Positions 14,020 to 27,979 of a stretch of 64,000 nt of DNA are shown here, in pieces; positions within the stretch are counted from its first letter, which is position 1, and every line of letters starts with the position of its first letter. The notes below the pieces were generated by a model. That model was given only the letters and a program-made list of their open reading frames with translations, did not search any database and was not told where the DNA came from. This stretch comes from the human T2T-CHM13v2.0 reference genome, Homo sapiens. The stretch lies in NCBI RefSeq assembly GCF_009914755.1, contig NC_060940.1. The stretch is one strand, 5' to 3'. Both the position numbers and the translations under genes were made by a program.

Positions 14020-14245
14020 ATTATTTCATGTGTTAAGTCTACAGTGTATAACTTGGGTTTACTTATCTCATTTAACCCTTAGGAAAACCTTACACTTAAA
14101 TACTCAAAGCCTTGATTTTGCAGGTCTGATTGATGGGCATACAGAGGAATTAAATGACCTTGTCTTCCACATATGGTATAAGGCACAGTAGTGGAAGCAG
14201 GATCCAAATCTGTGTCTGTGTTTGGATCAACAGCCCTGGCCACCA
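14020..14245 (-). mobile_element. MIR
   Basis: ttatctcatttaaccctt...gtggaagcaggatccaaatctgtgtctg. Confidence 0.6.
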
Positions 14246-14849
14246 TCTTGATTCATTTCTCTTATCTGTAATTCTATGGAGGGAGGTTCCATTGTATATT
14301 TTTTTCTTTCAATTACAGTATTATTTGTATATTGGAAGCCTATTGTACTTTATCTGTGTAACTGTCGTAGCAGCTAGAGGCTAGTAGGACTGGCTGAAAT
14401 GTCAGAGGAAGGAGGGAAGAAAAGGGAGAAAAGCAGGACAAATGAACGCAGATTAAGGAAAATAAAAAAGAGTGTTTGGCTAACTTGCATAAAAAGGATC
14501 TCATTTTTCTTTGTAACACATTACTACATACAGTGACCATAGTGTTTCTCTAATTTCTTCAGGACGTACTTTGAAGATGAAGAAGTATGTGTATCCGCTT
14601 TTTGTCTTTCAGAATAACATACTGCTGTCTGTAAAAATACAGATAATTTCTCTCTTAAATTCCATAAGCTGGAGACACTGCCCCTGTTTCAAATGAATAC
14701 AGATTCATTTTGTCACCTGTGTGAAATTGGTGTCCGTGTGCCTTGCTTCCTAGGCTGTCCACCATGACATCAGCCTGCCCATGCAATGCTTGAGATTTGC
14801 CCTGTGACTCAACCCAAATCTAAAGCCCGAGTCGTATGAATCCAGGACA

Positions 14850-15330
14850 CCTGCCTGCAAATGCATTTTTCATGTATAGGTTATTCACTCTGGTCTTTGA
14901 GATTATGTAATTAGCATATGTTGTCATAGTGATGTATTTATTATAATGGAGGTGTTCTCAGGAAACCAGATTTAATACTTTTAAATCAGAGGCCAACATG
15001 GACTTTTAGGAATTCCATTCACAGTAAATTTTATGCGTGGTGAAAGGTTATGGAATGGGTTTCCATGCCATGTCTCCCCCTGTCCCACAAATCTCAGCTG
15101 GCCTGCAAAGGTTCCACTGTGGATTTTTGCCAGCCAGCCACGCTGATGTAGACAGAATATTTCGGATTTATATTATTGCTTACTTGGCACATCTTCCATT
15201 GGAAATGGAATAGAGAAAAGGTGGCTTGGCTGTTTGGTTTATGTCCTAAAACCTTATCGTAATGTGATTCTCCTTAACAGAGGGATTCGTAAGCTTAGGA
15301 CTGATAGAGATTTGGCTTTTCTGCTGTTGG
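14850..15330. promoter_or_regulatory. Putative non-coding regulatory element
   Basis: Repeat-free; overlapping TAATTA / ATTAGCAT / CATATG / TGTCA at 14908-14926. Confidence 0.35.
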
Positions 15331-16069
15331 ATTGATAGCTCCTTGACTGCTGAAGCCATTGCCCATCTGTTCAACTGTTGTATTCACGAGGAGGTTAGAC
15401 CCCTGACCCAAGGCCCAGGTACCTGGCTTTCCTCAGTTGGGATCAGAAGGCCACAAAGTTTTCTTATATTTTAAGCATCAAAGTAGCACCACTGTACAGC
15501 ATCTTTACTTAATCTGCCCTCTTTCACGTGTGTGCATCCCTGGCATGCTTAAACAAGAAAGGCAAATGAGAGAGAGCGAGTGAGTGCGAGCGAGAGAGCC
15601 CTGAGGTGCCAGAAGGCTGTGGTTCCTTTGTGTCTACAGAAAAGATATAACGATTGAATTAGACTCTTAAATATCTGTGGATGTCAGGTTGAATACAAGC
15701 AGCTATTCAGTGTTTTACTCTGGCAGGAGAACAAGTCCCCTGGAGGTCAGAAGCCATGCAGGTCCCTGGAAGTGTGAGCAGATTGTTAAAATGGTATCAA
15801 AGATGGGCTGGCATGAGGCCAGAGTCTATCCTTGATGCTCACCTGAGGTCTAGGGCTAAACTCTTGCCTTTACCTGTTCCATGCTTAGCCGTTCCTGCTT
15901 TTTGCCTAGAACCTCAGTGCTATTGCTCACACAGACCCAGCTCATGTCCCCAGGCCATGACCACTGCCTCCCCTTCTCCCACCTGTGCAGGTGTTAAGCA
16001 TCAGTACATAACTGAGGAGTAGGAGGGCAGCAGCCCAAATCTTTGATGAAGAACCTCTTTCGTATCAAC

Positions 16070-16280
16070 TTATGCTTTGGAACGAGACACTGTTGGATGG
16101 GAATCTGGCTTCTAACAAACTGATTGGTTGGACTCATGCCTTATTCTTTCAGAGCCTTAGTTTTGTCATGTGTAGAATGGGGAGTATTGCTAGCTATTCC
16201 CATAGGGAGTGAGAGAGAGTGTAAGTAAAATGCAATGGCAGGCACAGGGATGGTTGCCATTATCAGTTACATTATTATGA
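16070..16280 (+). mobile_element. MIR
   Basis: gagccttagttttgtcatgtgtagaatgggg core. Confidence 0.65.
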
Positions 16281-16433
16281 GGATTATTTTCTACCTAGAT
16301 CAGGTATAAGGTGGATGTATTATTGGCATTCCTAGGACTGTTTTAAAGGAAGTACCTATGAGGCCTCATGATAAGCCAGATGTCCAGAAGCCAGCTTGAG
16401 ACCAGGGCTCCTGGTCACTTAAAAGATGTTTGG

Positions 16434-16798
<365 letters not shown>

Positions 16799-17229
16799 CT
16801 ATAAAAAAAGTTGTAATAAATTATGCAGACCCCTCAGCAGTTGACTCACCTCTCTGGTGCTCCAGGTATTTCTCAGCGTGTTCGGGGTCTCCCTGTGTTA
16901 CCTGGACAGCTCCTGCCATCATTAGCACACAGCCAAGATTCCTCGACCACCCATGACTCTGGATTTATCATCCTCAAGAATTGGGGGCTGTGGAAAAGAT
17001 GCCAAATTTGTTCTTTTCAGATTTAGGTTCTTCTGTGATAAAAATAGACTTGGTAAAGAAGCAGATATTTCTTTAATACGTGTATATATTAGACTGTGAA
17101 TTTATTCATCTTCCTTATTCATCATATAAGTAAATTATATGATTGGACCCAGGCATAAAACGTGATTTGACTCCCCCTTGCCCATCACAGTTCTGGAGTT
17201 CACATATCATTTGTTACTTTGAAAAATGA

Positions 17230-17612
17230 ACTTTTGTTATTTGATTATGGTAATAAATAATATACATGGTAGAAGGAGAAGAAAATGAAGAAAAATTTAG
17301 AAACTTGGACAGAGGAAAATGAAAATGTTCTATTAATTCCACTAGCATGAGATAATCACTCTTAATATTTTGTTGCATGTTCTTTTCTTTCTTCTGAGTG
17401 ATAGCATTTTTTTCAACAAATTGGGCTCGTAATATATAGGCACATAGATATATAATTAAAAAAACAAGAATTTCTCATGTCATTAAACATTGCTTGAAAA
17501 AACATACTAGTAATTTCCTAAGATTACACCATGTAAATGAATTGTATTTTATGTAACCATTCCCTAGTGTTGGATAGCTAGGCCATTTATAATTTGGACA
17601 CTATTTTAAAAA
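17230..17612 (-). mobile_element. Ancient L1M(C/E) 3' fragment
   Basis: gagataatcactcttaatattttg...atgtaaccattccctagtgttggatagctagg. Confidence 0.6.
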
Positions 17613-17669
17613 ATAACTCAGGCTTATTTTACTATTTATTTTTGCCTTACACTTTTTGTAAAAGTAATC

Positions 17670-18210
17670 AGAGCAGTAATAATAGATGACTCCCCAAAAT
17701 CCTTTTGCCTCTAATGATTAGTCTAAGCCCATAATGCTGTGTTCCTTGCCAGTGATTGGTTTAGAAATAGGTATGTGACCCAGTTCTGACCAATGGATAT
17801 GGAGGGTGCTTATGAGGAAGGTTTCCTACTCCTAAAAGAGATACACAGGAAGAGAGACCTTCTGCTTCCTCTGGACACTGGCGCAGCCTGGACTAGCAGT
17901 TGCCAGCTTGGGTTTGGACAACCTCCGACCTTAGTTGAAAATGACCCTGTGTAGGACAGAGGAGCAAGTGGAAAGAACCTGGGTGCATTGTGGCATTTTA
18001 GAGCCACTGATTCAGCTGTCCTATGGGCCTCCTAACCCGAACCTCCACTGGTCATGAAATAAGCTGTTAGTTTGGTGCAAAAGGAATTGCAGTTTTTGCC
18101 ATTGAAAGTGATGGCCAAAACCACAGTAACTTTTAGCACCAACTTAATATTTTGAGTTGGGTTTGAATCACGTTGTCTATTACATGCAGCAGGACACATC
18201 TCTAATCACG
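17670..18210 (+). mobile_element. MLT1J-like MaLR LTR (carries MADE1)
   Basis: gccagtgattggtttagaaataggtatgtgacccagttctgaccaatgg...ggaaagaacctgggt...ctattacatgcagc. Confidence 0.7.
18067..18147. mobile_element. MADE1 (Hsmar1-derived MITE), near-palindromic
   Basis: ttagtttggtgcaaaaggaattgcagtttttgccattgaaagtgatggccaaaaccacagtaacttttagcaccaacttaa followed by TA. Confidence 0.92.
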
Positions 18211-18434
18211 CGAGAGGTCTGAGCAAACGTCTTCACATTTCACACTGCAGATATTCTTACAAAAGGCAAAGCAGAGATCCAGAGAAATTAAGATCTGCTC
18301 AAGGTCGTATCCAGCTTTGGGAACCCCAACTATTGCAGAAATTTCTGAAGTCGTCATATTGCTACTTAAAGCAAAATGCCTTCTCCTAAATCCAGGTAGA
18401 GAGAAACTCTCAAAGGCCAGGGTCTGGACTCAAG

Positions 18435-18620
18435 ATGAGCACAGGATTTAGAATCAGAAAGTGTGAGTTCAAATTGCCTTCGGCTCTTCACCTGGGTGGG
18501 CGATTTGAATAGAGCTCACAGCCCTGAAAACCCTGGTTTTCAGATTCTTTATTGGTAAATGAAGTCAGCTTAGTGATATGAGAATTATGAAACATAAATC
18601 CCTTTGTAAAAATATAAAAT
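18435..18620 (+). mobile_element. MIR
   Basis: ggatttagaatcagaaagtgtgagttcaaat... Confidence 0.5.
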
Positions 18621-18674
18621 AATCTTACAATCATCATCGTCATCCTCATCATCGTGTTCCTTCACACCAGCGGT

Positions 18675-18825
18675 ATTTATGGTATTTATCAACTAACTGC
18701 TGTGTACTATGCTCTATTGAAAATGTTAGCAATATAGTAATGAACAAAACAGATGTTATCTCTACCCTTATGGTTTTTATATTTTAATAAAAGTGGCAGA
18801 AAAGAAATAGGTAAAACAATAAACT
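18675..18825 (-). mobile_element. L2 3' end
   Basis: caatatagtaatgaacaaaacagatgttatctctacccttatgg. Confidence 0.65.
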
Positions 18826-18934
18826 GAGCTCTTTGGAGAAGAGGCCCACGTTCTTTTCAGATTCTGATTTCTCCGTGATATAAATAGTTTTTTAGGTGAT
18901 CACTTGTTTTTAATGTACCTACCTATCTATACCT

Positions 18935-18977
18935 TTCTCTCTCTCTCTCTCTCTCTGTGTGTATGTGTGTGTGTGTA
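18935..18977. repeat. (CT)n(GT)n compound microsatellite
   Basis: ttctctctctctctctctctctgtgtgtatgtgtgtgtgtgt. Confidence 0.9.
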
Positions 18978-19779
18978 TAAAATTACATATCCAGTATGAA
19001 ACCTAAAAATAAGATTTTGGGGCCTGTGAATTTTTTTAACCTTTCTTAACCTACATCCTAATTATTTGATTTGACATTGTGATGAAACATACTGTTGTTT
19101 TGAATTTTGGAAATAGACCAGTGATTCTTCAGTAGGGTCGTAAGGTCCCGTCAATGCAGCAGTCAAATTTTTTCTTGGTGGGGGGGATGCATATGTGTAT
19201 GTGTGTGCATGAGTATCTTGATAATTTAGAAAGATTAATTAAACATTGATCATCTATGTGACCACATTTAAAATGAGCACCACCACATCCAAATGTCTGA
19301 GTTTACATTTTGTGTCGGTACTTGCTTTGGCAGAACTCTGTGCCTTTCCCCAAGTCTTCTGTGACCTTCTCACCTGGCCTGCATCCTGGTCCTTATCAAC
19401 CGTATTTTACAGTTAAGGAAACTCGGCTCAAACTAGCTTCGGGGACTCGCTGTGGCCATAGGTGCCCTAGGCTGCAGTCTGAGAGTGAAACTGAGGTCTC
19501 ACTCCCTTCATAGTCTGCTCTCCGTCTCTGCCTCATCTGGCTTCTCAGGGTGGTGGGGCGTGGGCACTAATTTGATTTGATCACTTAGAGACAACAGCTT
19601 ACAAAATGCTACCGAGCAGTGCCTGTCCTTTCTGAGAACTTGATATAATAACGTTGGCTTGATCTCCTCAGCCTGTGTCTTGAGGGAACAAGTAAATTAA
19701 ACAAGTAATTAGATCCATAATGTTTTTAGAAGTTAGAAGATTTAAATATATGAATCTCATCTGAGTGTGCAGCCTTTTG

Positions 19780-20130
19780 TCTGCTGTGTTTCCTGCCAAA
19801 AGATCTCTTGACAGGAAATAAACATTAAAATAATCTTTAATCCCTTGTTTGGTCTATTACCATTAACAATTGATGCACTTTAATTTTGTGGGGTTTTAAC
19901 TACAAAATGGAACGGCTAAGTAGTGATAATTGGGTTTGGAATTATACGGTCATTTATATCAACAGAGATGCAAGGGGCTGGGAGGGAGGGTGATTAATTA
20001 TTTACTATTTCCTGGCTGTGGTTCCTATTATAGAATTTTCTGATATGTTCTTCTGTGAACAATTATCACCAAATGAAAGTAAACAAATCTGTGATTTGAA
20101 GCCTTATTTAGAAGTTAGTCTATATTTAGG
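19780..20130. promoter_or_regulatory. Putative conserved non-coding element
   Basis: TAATCC 19838, AACAAT 19865, GATTAATTA ~19992 and GTAAACA 20079 in repeat-free DNA. Confidence 0.35.
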
Positions 20131-20629
20131 TGATGTGGGCTTGATTTTCACAGACCCTGTGGGCTGTCTGTGTGTGTTCCTTTTCTCAGTACCCCAGCTC
20201 TGTATTCGAGCGTGGTTATCTTTGTGCATCTTAAAATCCACAATGCACAGCCTGGGGAGAAGCCTTGGTTTTGCCAGGGGGAAAAAAAGAGAAACACAAC
20301 ATTGAGTGAGGTCTAGGGTGAATACCAAAGGTCTGTTTTGAAATGGGGGTGTGGGTTATTCTTCTCTCTTTCTGATTTGCTTCAGTACAGTATGGGATGG
20401 GGAAGAATCAAAATTATTATGTCAACATGAGGATGAAAGTTATGCTCTGTTGTTTCTCATAACATTTGTGTGTGTGTGGGTGGGTGGGTGTGTGTGAAAG
20501 GTAGGATCACCTCTCTGTGCCTCAGTCTCCCCATCATCCTTCGGTGGTAGATCAATGCTATCTGATGAGGCCTTTTTTGGGATCACCCACTCCAACATGC
20601 ATGTCCTTTCTCTGTCCCCTCCTGGTGCC

Positions 20630-21012
20630 TGTATTAGTCTGTTCTCACATTGATGTAAAGGACTACCTGAGGCTGGCTAATGTATAAAGAAAAGAGGTTT
20701 AATTGGCTCATGGTTCCGCAGGCCATACAGGAAGCCCAGTTAGGGAGGCCTAAGGAAACTTAAAATCATGGCAGAAGATGAAAGGGAAGCAGGCATGTTC
20801 TGCATGGCTGGAGTAGGAGGCAAGGAGCGAAGGAGGAGGTACTACCCACTTTTAAACAACCAGATCTGGTGAGAACTCACTCACTGTCATGAGAACAGCA
20901 AGGGGGAAATCAGCCCTCTGATCCAACCACCTCCCACCGGGCCCCTCCTCCAACATTGGGGATTGCAGTTTGATGTGAAATTTTGGCTGGGACACAAATC
21001 CCAACCATATCG
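20630..21012 (-). mobile_element. MSTA MaLR solo LTR
   Basis: tgtattagtctgttctcacattg...gggacacaaatcccaaccatatcg; TSD gtgcc/gcacc. Confidence 0.9.
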
Positions 21013-21164
21013 GCACCCACTGAGCACATCCTCGTGGATCTTCCTGGCTCTCCTTACAAGGGGTTCCTTCCAAACCCAAGCGCCACAATCCTTAGGCAGA
21101 TTGCTCTGACACAGAAGACTGGTGAGTTCTAGACTTGATGTGTTTCATGGGAAACAGGAAGACA

Positions 21165-21230
21165 TTTAGGGGAGGCTGTAGATACACAGCCGCTCTGTTT
21201 AGGGAAGGCTGTCGATACACCGCTGCTCTG
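21165..21230. repeat. 33-bp tandem duplication (2 copies, 29/33 identical)
   Basis: tttaggggaggctgtagatacacagccgctctg / tttagggaaggctgtcgatacaccgctgctctg. Confidence 0.9.
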
Positions 21231-22294
21231 ACCATCATGGCGTCTGGTCCATGCTCAGATTCTGGAGTGTTAGGGTCTTCGGGCACATGGTGGATGAGCG
21301 TTTTGCTTCGTGTACTCATTTATTTCTGAAAATAATGCAGCCCCTTGTAGGGCTTTCTGGCTAATTGAGTGGTGCCATCATTCATGCAATTGCGCAATTC
21401 ACACACCAGGCTGCCACTTTGGCCCCTGCGTCACCTTCACCACCACCCAATGTGTCCTGCTCATCACTGAGGTTTGTCATTTTTACTCTGAGTCTGTCCA
21501 TTGTCATCATCTCCACCATCACCCCTTTTGTTTTCATTGCCACCCTTGCCTGGGGTGAGTGAAGACGCTCTTCTCTGGCTTCCACCCTTCCAAATGCCCT
21601 TAACCCACAGATGGGAAGAAAATGAGGTGGGGGGAAGGGGACTTTCTTGCTTCCTCATAGTTCTCCCCCATCCTGTAAAGGAGCCTGTGCTTCCCGACTC
21701 CCAGGGCCCTGCAGCATGTCAAGAACAATATTGGACAAGCTTGTCAGTGAGGGTCCAGGTGGTTCCCTGCCACTACGATGCATGCTGGGGTCAGTAAAAG
21801 GAGAACACAGAAGAATCAGCAGACCCAGAGTCTAACCCCTCCTCTAGTTAAAGACGTGACCCTGGCCGGGACTGAAGCCAGAGGCCCACAGCCTACTGGA
21901 CCTTTGTTTCTTGCAGTCAGGTTCTGATGACAGATTTTAGTCCCCTCTTGAATTTCCTTGGATGTGATGGAAGTGATTCTCAGTGGACAAGAGGTCACAT
22001 TGCCTTTTCTAGCTTGGAAGGTGGCGCAAATAACTGCTTGAGGCTCCCTCTCTTGGGCCAAGCTTGACTCTGGATTTTCATTGTTGTCCTTTTTTATTAA
22101 AACAGGTTTTGTTTTTTTGTGTGTGTGTTATTTTGTTTTTTGTTTTTTTGTTTTTCGGGGGCTGGAGTAGTGTGCAGAGCCTGGCGGTGATTGTTCTCAT
22201 TAGAAAGTATAGTGTAATACTCAATAAATTACTTTTGTTCTCACCTTGGGAAGTGGACTCAGAGGCCAAGTGACTTTGATTTTTCACTTTATCC

Positions 22295-22515
22295 TGGAGT
22301 TTCTCAACCTTGGCACTATTGACATTTTAGGCCAGGAGATTCTTTGTTGGGGGGGATTTCCTGTGAGTTACAAGACATTAAGCAACATCACTGGCCTCTA
22401 CCCACTAGATGCCAGTAGCATCTTCTATTTCCTCAAGTCTCAAAATACCAAAAACATTTGTAGATACTGCCAGATACCCCTGGGGAACAAAATCACCCCT
22501 GGATGAGAACCCCTG
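22295..22515 (-). mobile_element. MER20 (hAT-Charlie)
   Basis: tttctcaaccttggcactattgacatttt...ggatgagaacccctg; 8-bp TSD ctttatcc on both sides. Confidence 0.9.
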
Positions 22516-22706
22516 CTTTATCCTCTTACAGTTTTGGTTCTTTCCATGAGAAAGTATTTTTAATAGCAAAGTAATGAACAAGAAAGTATTAATAAGACCC
22601 AAATAATAATATAAACTACTACTTTACTAATGGTCATTATGTGCCATGCCCTGCTCTAAACACTTGCCATGTAGTCACTAATTTAATCCTCACAAGAATT
22701 CTGTAA

Positions 22707-23535
<829 letters not shown>

Positions 23536-23632
23536 TCAATAACTACGTGACTCACAGAGATAACCGTGTAGCAGAATCAGGAATTCAGCCCAGTTTTTTC
23601 AGTTGCACAGCCTGAGCTCCTAACCATCGCGC

Positions 23633-23821
23633 CTGGGGTTCTCAAAGGCTCGTCCCCAAGCGACAACATCAGGGTCATCTGGGAACTTGTTAGATGTGCT
23701 CACCCTCAGGCTCGCCCCACCCCGCCAGACTTCCTGAACCAGAAACTCTGGGAGTAGGGCTCAGCAATCTAGTTTTAGCCCTCCAGGGGATTCTGTGGTG
23801 CCTAAAGTTTGAGAACTTCTG
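23633..23821 (+). mobile_element. MER5A (hAT-Charlie)
   Basis: gggttctcaaagg...ctgggaacttgttagatg...aaagtttgagaacttctg. Confidence 0.85.
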
Positions 23822-24179
23822 ATCAAAAATGCCAGATAAGAAAAAAAAACCTTTCGAGACATCATTTGAATCAATTATCAAATGTTTCCAAAGTGCACTT
23901 GCTTTGCAAAGCACTGTACTACTCATCTCTGCCTCCATCGGAGCGAGTTCAGGAGAGTTGTGTTTACTTTTCTAAAGGAGCCTTTTCCTTCCCATTTTAC
24001 CAGTGCCCAAAAGTCTTAGAAAAATGACAATGTTCATATATTTGCCCACATGAAGATAGAAAGTGTCATGTCAAAGATAAAGGGAGAACAGCATTTTCTT
24101 TTTTTACAAGTCACTCTTACTTAAACACACAGCATGACTCTCCTTACACATTTATTTCGGAAGAGCAAAGTCCGGGTCC

Positions 24180-24560
24180 CCAGGCTCAACTATCAGCCGC
24201 CTTCTCATCCCAAGGGCTGTCACCACCAGAAATTTAACATGCTGTTAGTGCATGCAAAAAAAAGCCCAGTAATTGTAGGGCTCATCAGTACATTGTTAAT
24301 TGATCCTCATTTCCTATTATTTTACCTCAAAGCAAACACATCATTCACCATAGTGACACCAGAGTTGTTTATCTTCTCTGTGCAAGTGTGTGCTCTTTTT
24401 AGCAAGCTTTTTGGATCCTCTGTTTCAGAGGGCCTTTCCCATCTGTTTACTATTGTGGACTGTGCTGCTTTTTTTGTTTTTAATTACAGGTTATATAAAA
24501 TATTGTCAGCAGGAGGGAGGTTATTATTACCTTAAAGAATAAGTGGTAGATGCGGACTGG
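24180..24560. promoter_or_regulatory. Putative conserved non-coding element
   Basis: Repeat-free; TAATTG x2, TGTTTA(T/C), TAATTAC and TGTCA motifs. Confidence 0.3.
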
Positions 24561-24989
24561 CCACTGTGAGCCCATCACTAAAATGCACTTCCGTACACTA
24601 AAGGTCCCTCTTCCCTGGCAGACAGTGGTTCATTTTATTTGAGGAGGTATGTTGTGGGCTTGGGGAAACAGAAGGAAATTGGAGACATTGATATGCTTCC
24701 TGAGAGGTGGAAGGGGCCACTTAACACAGCTTTCATTTTTCAGTTGCCAGTGGGAGAGGAGCTGGGGTGGGCATATAATGAGTAACATTCAAAGCTCCTT
24801 CTGTCTTTTTTTCAGAGAATTCACAAAACAACTCAGGGCCTCCTGGTCCTGCAAAAGTGTTTACTGTTTATTTGTGTTGTTTCTGCTTGTTTTGCTTGCC
24901 ACCAGCTCCCTACTCACTTGGGGGAAAATAACCCATCAAAGGAATAGAAGCTCAGGATAAACGTTTCAGACCTTTCAGTAAGATAGTAA

Positions 24990-25870
24990 AATTTCTTTCA
25001 TTCCCAGACCTCTCTCCAAAAGAGGCAGCCATCATTAAAAGTTTGTTATGGATTCTTCCAGAAACGTTCTATGCATTTAGCATCAGTTGCAGATATGGAT
25101 AGCCTTTTCAAAAAATGCATGCAACTGAGACTATTGGCTATGTTTTGTTTATTACCTACTTTTTCCATTTAATAGTATCTTGGAGATTATTTGGTACCAG
25201 CACATGTAGCTCAACCTCCTAATACTGCATGACGGATAATATGCCATCACATGGTGTCATTTAATATATTCATTCCTATTTATAGACATTGAAGTTAGAT
25301 CCATGTCTTACTATTACACATGACTTAGTAATGAATGTTCCTGCATGTATATTTGGTCTGCTTGAGCAAGGATATTGGGAGGGAGGATTTCCAGCAGCAG
25401 AAGTGGTGGAACAAAGGCACTGTGTACACCTTTGAAACAATTAACTTCACCAAAATTACTAAACTGTCCTCTAGAATGGTTAAACCAATTTCCTCTCTAC
25501 CATTCACACGTGAGAATGCCTGTGGCCCCCCAGAAATTATCTCCAGCAGCAGCAACAGAGAGGACTGGAATGCCATTGACAGGTCCCACAAGTCAGCAAT
25601 CAGCACGCCATTTTTTAAAATTTATGTTGCTATTGTATCGTAAGGTTCTTCTGAAGCGACCACTTCATAACACTGTGTAGTCCAATCCCTAAGCTGGGCA
25701 ATTTTTTTTTCCCCTTTCAATACATCACATTGATTTTCTGTATGACTTTATCTGCTTAATACAAAGTGGGATTGAACAGTTATTTGTCTGGATTTGATCA
25801 TTCCTTATTAAACATTTATGATTTAGCTTTCACCGCGGCATCTTCTTGTAAGGTGTTTCTTATTTTTATC
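24990..25870 (-). mobile_element. Ancient L1ME fragment
   Basis: tttgttatggattcttccagaa...actaaactgtcctctagaatggttaaaccaattt. Confidence 0.6.
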
Positions 25871-26052
25871 ATTTTCCGTAAAGGTAGGATTGTGTTGACA
25901 GCCCTGTAATAAATGTCTCTTGGAAGAGATGTGTTGCTGAGAGGTGGGGAGGGGGTGGGGGCTCTGTGCATGGAATGGGGGGAAAAGCTTCAGGGAAGGG
26001 CAGTGCAAATTGTTTCTGGACTGATGCCATCTTTTAATAATAGTAGTTAATA

Positions 26053-26433
<381 letters not shown>

Positions 26434-26914
26434 CTAGGATTAAGTGCTTCACAGTGAGGCACAGTGGGGAGCTACTCTGAGGATGAATTGCCTAGTAAAT
26501 AAGTGAGGTTTGTATAACCGAGGCCAGATCTTAGAACCTCCTGCTATCTGTACATAGAAGAATGTTTTAGTCAGAGGCAAGGCAAGGTCACCAGGATTCA
26601 CTGAGAGTGTTGGTCAGCATTTCATCTGCATATACAGGACTGGAAAATAAGAGAGCGTAATGAGACATCTAGTTTTTTTCTCTTTCGTTTGTTCTGTTTC
26701 CCACTGAGAGAATTTTCTAGCTTTATGTGGAGAAAACAGTATTGGAAATTATTACTCAGTTCAAGAAAACCTCACTGAGCACCTACCATGTAGGTGCTCA
26801 TCCCGATACCACTATCAGGCCCTTTGGACCAGTTGCAAGGATGCAGGATGAGGAAGGCAATGTGAGAAAACAGAAGGAGCACCAGGCAGTCGTGGGCTTG
26901 ATTTTTATTTTACT

Positions 26915-27290
26915 ATTTTTTAAAAAACATAAAACAACATACATTCATCATTTTGCTTTCTTTGGATGAAGAATTGAGCCTGGTTCAGCATCTCTTGCAG
27001 GCTGTAATTGAGGGTGGTCATTGACTGGGGCTGGATTCGGGAAGGATCCACTTCCAAGCTGCACAGTTGTTGGCAAGATGTAGTGTTTTGGTGGTTCCTG
27101 GGCTCTGGGACTCAGCTTTTTGGCTGTTGGTTGTTGGCTGTTGCCACATGGGCCTCTGCAAAAGGCAGCTTGTAACGTGGCAGCTGACTTTTGTCCAAGT
27201 GAGAAGGTGAGAGTGCAAGAATTGGTGAGAGAGACCGCAGCCAGGGTGTTTTTTTAACTTAATCTTGGAAGTCACATCCTATCGCTTTGG
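26915..27290 (-). mobile_element. MLT1F-like MaLR LTR
   Basis: gactggggctggattcgggaaggatccacttccaagctg...taacttaatcttggaagtcacatcctatcgcttt. Confidence 0.7.
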
Positions 27291-27905
27291 TTTTTTGACT
27301 GAGATTATTCAGTACTGCAATAGTCTCCCTTTAAAGTGGACAATTCATTGGCTTATCGTATAGTCACAAACTTGTGCAGACATCACCACTATCTAATTTC
27401 AGAACATTTTTATCACCCCTAAAAGAAACCCTGTACCCTTCAGCCAGCATTCCCTATTTTATACCCCCGATCTCTTGACAACTACTCATTGACTTTGTTT
27501 CTATGACTTTACCTATTTCGGGTAATTGATATAAATGGAATCATACAATACGTGGCCAACTGACTTCTTTCATTTAATGTTTTCAAGGTTTGTGTTATTT
27601 CATGTATTAATATTATGTTGGTGCAATCACTTTTGAACCAATCTAACTAATACTTCATCCCCTTGTATGGCCAAATAATATTCTATTCTATCAATATATT
27701 ATACTTTGTTTATCCATTCACAGTTCATGTCATTCCCACTTTCTGGCTATTATGAATAATACTGCGATATGAACATCTGGTTACTTCTGGCTCTTATGGG
27801 TAACACTTCTATAAGCGTTGCCACAGGTTGCTTCTGATTTCTATTATGAGTAATGCTGCTATGAACATTCATATACAAGTTTTAGGGCAGACTTCTATTT
27901 TCATT
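27290..27905 (-). mobile_element. L1MB 3' fragment
   Basis: catcaccactatctaatttcagaacatttttatcacccctaaaagaaaccctgtacc...ataaatggaatcatacaata. Confidence 0.85.
27613..27646. mobile_element. Internally deleted MADE1 (termini only)
   Basis: TA-ttatgttggtgcaa-tcacttttgaaccaatctaa interrupts the L1MB sequence catgtattaata|cttcatcc. Confidence 0.65.
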
Positions 27906-27979
27906 CCAATATCTCTTTATGGCATGTCTTAGCAGTGATGTCTATGACATCCAGGATGTGTCTTGACATGTCTGACATC

